A stretch of 64,000 bases of DNA from an uncultured Thermococci archaeon (GTDB lineage: Archaea; CAYQAE01; CAYVLA01). This document shows positions 58,698-64,000 of this stretch, piece by piece. The position numbers and the translations under genes were made by a program. The stretch covers positions 1 to 64,000 of the forward strand of contig CAZJVP010000020.1 in the NCBI GenBank assembly GCA_964549615.1. Direction: 5' to 3'. Every line of letters starts with the position of its first letter. Within the stretch, counting starts at the first letter, position 1. The notes beneath the pieces were generated by a model that was not told the DNA's origin, ran no database searches, and was given only the letters and a program-made list of their open reading frames with translations.

Positions 58698-59846
58698 ATG
58701 AGGATCTTGGTCGTTCCAGCGATCGACTGGTTCACCGCCCTTGAGAATAGGGTCCATCACCTCGCGCGATCGTGGGCTGCCAGAAATGAGATCCACATCG
58801 TCCATCTCCCATTGGGGGGCGACCCGATGCGTGGGAGCGAAGGCTATGCGATACACCGCCTCTCGACGGTGAGGACCAGGAACCTTTTGACATACTACCT
58901 GATCAACTTCCTGCCCCAGATCCTCCAGATGACCCGCCTTATCAGGAGGCAAGCCATCGAGTTGGTGGTTACGACGAACCTGTCCGCGGGAACGGCCGCG
59001 ATCCTCGCTGCCAGGATCTCGGGCGTCCCCTCCATCTTCGACTACTGTGACTACCTTCCGGCCTTCTCACGTTACGCGGGAAAATCGGCTTTCCTGCAAC
59101 CTATCCTTCGGACCATAGGCGAAATGATAACGGTCCTGAACTTCAGGATGGCAGACGCCACCGTCGCAACGGGCCATCTGCTCCGAGCCCACGCCATGGA
59201 CTTCTCGCGGGCTGTGCTGGAGATACCAAACGGGGTTGACGGGTCGCGCTTCGTCGGCGTGCCGAGGTGGCAGCCGGGCGACCGCCCCGTCTTGGGCTAC
59301 GTGGGCATACTGGAGTTCTTCGTGGACCTGCGCTCGGCAATGGAGGCACTCAAAGTTCTAGAGGGCGCAAGGCTGGTGGTCGCGGGCGATGGCAGAGACC
59401 GAGCCAAACTCGTTTCGTTCGCTCGCGCCTCAGGGCTGGAGGACAGGGTGGAGTTTCTCGGCAAGGTGAGCTATGATCAGTTACCGCGCTGGATAGCCAC
59501 CATGGATGTGTGCCTGCTGCCCTTCCAAAGGAGCGAACTGACCGAATCGGCACTGCCCCTCAAGATCCACGAATATGCCGCGTGCTGCAGGCCCATAGTT
59601 TCCACGCCGCTTTTCGAGGTCGTTCGAATGTATGGCGATCTCTTGGCGTATGCGGAGGGGCCGGCTGAGATCGCCTGCAAGGCAAACTGGATCCTAGAGA
59701 ACCGAAAGGAGACCATTCGAAGGATTCGGCGCAGCTATCTCAGGGCGACCGTCACCTACAGCTGGGCGCGCTTCGGGGCCCGATACCAAGAAGCATTTCT
59801 AAGGGCATTGGGGGCGCGGGGCACAGCCAACTTAGAGGAAGGGTAG
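58698..59846 (+). CDS. GT4 glycosyltransferase
   Basis: R.HH, PNGVD, GYVG, DV.L.PF, P.K..EY.A...P.VST. Confidence 0.9.
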   Translation: MRILVVPAIDWFTALENRVHHLARSWAARNEIHIVHLPLGGDPMRGSEGYAIHRLSTVRTRNLLTYYLINFLPQILQMTRLIRRQAIELVVTTNLSAGTAAILAARISGVPSIFDYCDYLPAFSRYAGKSAFLQPILRTIGEMITVLNFRMADATVATGHLLRAHAMDFSRAVLEIPNGVDGSRFVGVPRWQPGDRPVLGYVGILEFFVDLRSAMEALKVLEGARLVVAGDGRDRAKLVSFARASGLEDRVEFLGKVSYDQLPRWIATMDVCLLPFQRSELTESALPLKIHEYAACCRPIVSTPLFEVVRMYGDLLAYAEGPAEIACKANWILENRKETIRRIRRSYLRATVTYSWARFGARYQEAFLRALGARGTANLEEG

Positions 59847-59851
59847 TTCCC

Positions 59852-61714
59852 TTGAGGGTGCAAGACCTAAGGCCCGTCGCTATCGCCGTTTTGCTACTAC
59901 TTGCCCTCTCCGCGGTTGTGAGGCTTTACTTCGCCCAGCGATGGAACGGTTTGCCGACGAGCGACGCGTACTTCTTCGTCGCCTGGGCATCGGGGATTGC
60001 CCATTCCTCCCACCTGGATTTCCCCGGATCCGACGACCCCGCGTACGGGGACTACCCGAATGGATATGCGATGTTCACCTACATGCTTTCATCGACATCC
60101 GGCCTCCCAATCCTCGCCTTAGCCGGACTTCTCCCGATGATCATTGGCAGCCTTTGCACGCTTCCAGTCTACCTTGCTCTGCGCAGGGTATGTCCTGAGC
60201 CTGCCTACGCCGCCGTGGGGACGGCCCTCGTGGCCTTCTCCTTTACCTTCATCAAATACACTTCGGTCTCAATCCCCAACATGCTGGGACTCTACTTCTT
60301 TCCCCTAGTGGCCTGGGTGGCGCTCAAGCCGTCTTTGAGATCCAAGAAGCTGCTGCTCGTTCTGGCAATGTCCGTCGCGGCGGTCGCTCGGCTACACTAC
60401 CTCTCGCTGGTCTGTGTCGGGGTACTGCTTGCCATCGTGACCTCGAGAAGGCTCATGCTCAGGGCTTCAGGCGAAGAGCTCGACGTCCGGCGAGTGGCCT
60501 TCCTGCTCATCGTTGCCCTGGTGGCCGGCGTTCTGGCTTGGACGGCAGGCTACAGGATCATGCTGTCGATCTACGGGATAGACATCACGGCCCAGCCTCC
60601 AGCCCGCCTGAGCCAAGCCACTCGCCTCCAGGGGTATCCGGTTATCTTCGGATTGGTTCAGACCGCCGCGCTGCCGATCGGGCTCCTGGGACTTGCATCG
60701 GCATACTACGCCTCCAATTTCCGCAGGAAAACAAGAAGCCGGATGGACGCATTGCTTCTCTTCGTAGCGTGGTTTGCGTTCCTAGTCTTCGCCTCAGGCT
60801 TCTTCAGGGTCGAGTACTACCCTTTCCGTTTCAATTCCTTTCTGATGCTGCCCATGGGCATGATATCCGCGGTCGGACTTCGCCATCTTGAAGAGGCGAT
60901 GGCGAAACGTTCAACGACGAGGAAGGTTGCCCGGCTCGTCCTTCCAGGGGCGCTTCTAGTCGCGGCCCTGCAGCCCGTGGCACAGTCGTTCGTCATCAAG
61001 GACCAGGGAGAGAATCTATTGCCATGGAGGCAGGAGTACGGACCCCTCGAAGTCCCAGCAATGGAGTGGTGTGAGGCAAACCTGCTTCCCGGCGTGGATG
61101 ATTTCAGGCCCCAAGACGGCCTGCGCCGGCAGATGCTGATGGCCGACTGGGTGAGGTCGAGGGCGCTGAGGGCTCTGGGTTTCCGCCGTGTGCACCTGCA
61201 TTGGTGGTTCTTCCAGGGAGTGAACGTCCTGACGGGGGAACCGAATCCGTTCAGCGGCCTCGAGATCTACTCAGCCAACATCACCAAGGCAATGCTGCTG
61301 TTGGGCAGGCTCAACCTTCGCTCGACGACCGGGCTGGAGGAGGCGTACTACTACAAGTACATCTATGCTAGCGATCGGATGGCCGATCTCATCCGAAGGG
61401 AGTTCAAGAGACAGCCTGACTTTGAGAAGTTCGACACCTACGACGGGAGGTACGCATACTTCGCCACGTCCAACCCCGAGATGGACTTCGTGGCGAACCG
61501 GAGCTACGTGCCGACGGGCTACACGGTCAAGCGCGGCCCGTGGGGGGAGATCACCCGCTACCTTAGGCCGGGGGCCATTCCTCAAACCGATATGCTAGTC
61601 TACCGTCTGAGGCCGTTCGATAAAATCTATGGGGTCAGCGGGGTGGCGGTGTATGACAGGGTGCCGCTAAGTCCCGGTTACAACATGGGCAAATCGAGAG
61701 TCTTCTCGGCCTAG
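59852..61714 (+). CDS. Polytopic membrane protein, GT-C-like topology
   Basis: SD.Y..., YP.GY, many TMs, YP.RF, soluble C-terminus ending DKIY; follows GT4 genes. Confidence 0.65.
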   Translation: MRVQDLRPVAIAVLLLLALSAVVRLYFAQRWNGLPTSDAYFFVAWASGIAHSSHLDFPGSDDPAYGDYPNGYAMFTYMLSSTSGLPILALAGLLPMIIGSLCTLPVYLALRRVCPEPAYAAVGTALVAFSFTFIKYTSVSIPNMLGLYFFPLVAWVALKPSLRSKKLLLVLAMSVAAVARLHYLSLVCVGVLLAIVTSRRLMLRASGEELDVRRVAFLLIVALVAGVLAWTAGYRIMLSIYGIDITAQPPARLSQATRLQGYPVIFGLVQTAALPIGLLGLASAYYASNFRRKTRSRMDALLLFVAWFAFLVFASGFFRVEYYPFRFNSFLMLPMGMISAVGLRHLEEAMAKRSTTRKVARLVLPGALLVAALQPVAQSFVIKDQGENLLPWRQEYGPLEVPAMEWCEANLLPGVDDFRPQDGLRRQMLMADWVRSRALRALGFRRVHLHWWFFQGVNVLTGEPNPFSGLEIYSANITKAMLLLGRLNLRSTTGLEEAYYYKYIYASDRMADLIRREFKRQPDFEKFDTYDGRYAYFATSNPEMDFVANRSYVPTGYTVKRGPWGEITRYLRPGAIPQTDMLVYRLRPFDKIYGVSGVAVYDRVPLSPGYNMGKSRVFSA

Positions 61715-61833
61715 ACCTGGCGGAGATTGGCCGCTCTCCTGGGCGTGAACCGGGCGTACAGGGGCAAAATCCAGCCCTATCTCGTCCTCTACCTTTCCCT
61801 TCTCCTCCAAGGAAAACCGGGATACCATGCGGT

Positions 61834-61989
61834 CTAGAACGATATCTTCTTGATCTCGGTGATGCCTTTGGCCTTCTTGTAGGCCTCGCAATCCCGCTTG
61901 CTACAGTTCTCAACGTACCGGTTGGTGAGGGTGCAGTAGGTGAGCCTCTGGTAGCCCTTCTGCCTCATGTACTCGCAAGAGCGTATCAT
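61834..61989 (-). CDS. 51-aa Cys4 microprotein (absent from the ORF track)
   Basis: MIRSCEYMRQKGYQRLTYCTLTNRYVENCSKRDCEAYKKAKGITEIKKISF*; GGAAGGA just upstream and TTTTAAAT about 40 nt upstream. Confidence 0.65.
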   Translation of the reverse strand: MIRSCEYMRQKGYQRLTYCTLTNRYVENCSKRDCEAYKKAKGITEIKKISF

Positions 61990-62098
61990 GCGGATCCTTC
62001 CCAGGCGCTGGCAGCAGCGCTGGGAGCATTTAAAAATGCATTTAGCCTGGGCGTCGAACCTGACGAAGGATGGAAGACGCGAAAACTAAGACGCGCCG

Positions 62099-62284
62099 CT
62101 AAGCCTTCTTGAGAATGGGGAGACCGGTTTTCTTGTTGACGATGACCTTCATCCCGGGAGGGATCTTGTCAACTGGTGCGCCACCTTTCTTCTTCGCCGC
62201 CGCCTCGTCGCCGGTAAAGTAGAATATCCGGCCCTTCTTGTACAGATAGTAGGTCTTTCCCTTCGACTGATACGAGTAGGCCAT
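62099..62284 (-). CDS. Small basic hypothetical protein
   Basis: MAYSYQSKGKTYYL...IFYF...P.G..V..N.KTGLP.LKK; GGTGG upstream and TTTATAAA at 62317-62324. Confidence 0.8.
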   Translation of the reverse strand: MAYSYQSKGKTYYLYKKGRIFYFTGDEAAAKKKGGAPVDKIPPGMKVIVNKKTGLPILKKA

Positions 62285-62394
62285 TCCAACCCACCGCTTG
62301 GCCCGCGCTGCCTGGGTTTATAAATATATTGCGGTTTGCTATTTCTTAAGCGATAAGCATTGCGATTGATTTTGCTTAACGGCTGCCAACGCAG

Positions 62395-62682
62395 TTACAC
62401 TTCGGGTCCTCGCGCTGATGCCTTGTTTTCCATGATGGCCTTGAGGACCTCATCCTTCGCCAAGCGACGCCCCGCCGAAACGAGCGCGCCCCCGACCACG
62501 ACTGCGGGCGTTGATCTCACTTGGTGCTGAAGAGCGGTCAGGAAATCTTCCTCCTTGTCGAGATCGTACTCCTTCAGTTCAATTTCGCCGGCCATCTCAT
62601 GGGCAAGCTCCGCAAGGATCTTCTTCGCATGTGGGCAGTTCGGACAGTCCTTCTTTGTGAACAGCATTACCTCAACCGGCAT
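62395..62682 (-). CDS. Thioredoxin/glutaredoxin-like (NrdH-like) redoxin
   Basis: FT..DCPNCP.AK, V.STP; directly downstream of the nrdD-like gene. Confidence 0.9.
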   Translation of the reverse strand: MPVEVMLFTKKDCPNCPHAKKILAELAHEMAGEIELKEYDLDKEEDFLTALQHQVRSTPAVVVGGALVSAGRRLAKDEVLKAIMENKASARGPEV

Positions 62683-62697
62683 TCTGCTCCAGCTCCT

Positions 62698-64000
62698 TCA
62701 GATCGCATAGCGCTTCCTGTATAAGAGTTGTCTGCGTGACCCAGCGTTCCATCCCCCGATCTCCTCGCGAATCCCGACCCTGCTTACCTCGCCGCCGATC
62801 CTTGAAATCCAGTCGACATCCTCGGAGCGGCACGAGCTGCAGGCGTAGGACAACCCGGGAGACGTGGCATTACATCCCATGCACACCGTCAGGTCCTGCG
62901 TGAAGCTGAAAAGCCCAACCCCCGTTCGAGCCATCCTGAGCGTCTGCTTCCACAAGACCTCCGGCTTTGGCACGTCGGCCAACCACACATTGAAGGCCGC
63001 GCCTCCCCGAAGGAAGGGATGGAACTCGGCCTCTATCTCAAGCCTTTCCTCAAGGGGTATGTCTGCGGATGCCCTAACCTGCGCGCCGTCGGTATACGAA
63101 AAGGACCCGTCGGAAACATCTCCGTCCCCCACAAACCGAGCCTTGAACTCCCGGCGGTCGATGCGCGCCAACCTGTTGGTGGCCTCAAGCGAGGGCGACT
63201 GACAGATCCCGTAGCGCATGCCCGTCTCCCTCGACGACTCGCGCGCGAAATCGGCCATAAACCGGAGCAGTTCCAAGGCGAGGTGCCGGGCATCATCCGA
63301 CTCGTGGAGCTCCGACCCGGTGATGGACTTCACCGCCTCGTTCACGCCAACGACTCCGAAGAGCATGTGCTGCTTGTCGATCTCGAGCCTCGCCGCTTGG
63401 CCGACCGTCTGCGCAGCAAACCCGAGTGAACCCTCCTTCATCCTCGATTGTATCAGGTCCTTCTTCAACATGAGAACCGATCTTGCTAGGTTCATTCTCT
63501 CCAGCAGGAGATCGTACAGCCTCTTCTCCCTGCCGCGAGACTCGCAGGCGATCCTAGGAAGGTTGATTGTGACTTCCCCCAGCACACCACCCCTGAGGCT
63601 TCCGGTCTGTCCCGGAGAGCCCTCCACCATGAGCAGCGACTCAACCGAACAGTGCCAGGTCAGAATGTCGGGCCGGAACATATTGAGGAAGACCGGCGAG
63701 CCAAACCTCGCGGCCAGCTCGCACGCCGCGAGGTACTCGTCTCCAGATTCGTTTACCGCCTTGGGGTCGAGTTTGATTTCGACCTGCGGGAATGGGAAGG
63801 GCTTCCCGGTGAAGTCGCCCCTGAGGAGAACCTCGATCATGCCCCGGTATATGGCGAGCGACTCGTCGACGTAATCCGAGTATGTCTCCGGGCCCAAGAC
63901 CCCGCCCGGTTTCACCGCGCGAACTTCAAGGAGCTCCTGGGGAACTCCAGGATACAGGGAAACCGAGCTAAGCACCATCTGGCCTCCCCTCGCCACATAC
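62698..64000 (-). CDS. nrdD: Class III ribonucleotide reductase NrdD-like protein, C-terminal part (runs off the window end), divergent motifs
   Basis: ARGGQ, PFPFP, VTINLPR, GV.GV.E, CxxC...CxxC Zn ribbon, GWN.G...R.RY. Confidence 0.85.
   Translation of the reverse strand, partial: YVARGGQMVLSSVSLYPGVPQELLEVRAVKPGGVLGPETYSDYVDESLAIYRGMIEVLLRGDFTGKPFPFPQVEIKLDPKAVNESGDEYLAACELAARFGSPVFLNMFRPDILTWHCSVESLLMVEGSPGQTGSLRGGVLGEVTINLPRIACESRGREKRLYDLLLERMNLARSVLMLKKDLIQSRMKEGSLGFAAQTVGQAARLEIDKQHMLFGVVGVNEAVKSITGSELHESDDARHLALELLRFMADFARESSRETGMRYGICQSPSLEATNRLARIDRREFKARFVGDGDVSDGSFSYTDGAQVRASADIPLEERLEIEAEFHPFLRGGAAFNVWLADVPKPEVLWKQTLRMARTGVGLFSFTQDLTVCMGCNATSPGLSYACSSCRSEDVDWISRIGGEVSRVGIREEIGGWNAGSRRQLLYRKRYAI

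Noticed and set aside
61667-61828. Short ORF MVSRFSLEEKGKVEDE... downstream of the Cys microprotein
   Set aside because: It overlaps the convergent gene end and has no recognisable features; it cannot be supported.
1-64000. tRNA, rRNA, CRISPR arrays, IS elements or provirus
   Set aside because: No cloverleaf, repeat-spacer periodicity, transposase, integrase or capsid motif was seen by eye; tRNAscan-SE and Infernal would be needed to exclude small RNAs.

Overview
GC-rich archaeal chromosomal window with euryarchaeal-type gene order. It mixes core genes (leuS, alaS, thrS, the dtdA-ftsZ-secE-spt5-rpl11-rpl1-rpl10-rpl12 cluster, KH/Dim2, top6B, polB, hjc, pelota, rimI) with cell-surface and glycosylation genes, carbohydrate-use genes and a decayed HTH-CBS/purP pair. 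I found no tRNA, rRNA, CRISPR array or transposase by eye. Four candidates stand out. (1) An apparently active family-B DNA polymerase carries a two-Zn-finger C-terminal domain laid out like the eukaryotic Pol alpha/epsilon CTD; its second finger has the PolD DP2 'YRRxPLSG' signature, and there are two PIP-like boxes. (2) A ChlI-like AAA+ ATPase is translationally coupled to a dead-AAA/TM/extracellular-loop/TM/vWA protein, possibly a membrane-anchored remodelling system. (3) An MscS channel is fused to a ParB/Srx domain, downstream of an RCK-DHH gene and a structured leader. (4) An NrdD-like protein has a degenerate glycyl-radical loop. All assignments come from motifs recognised by eye; no database searches were run.
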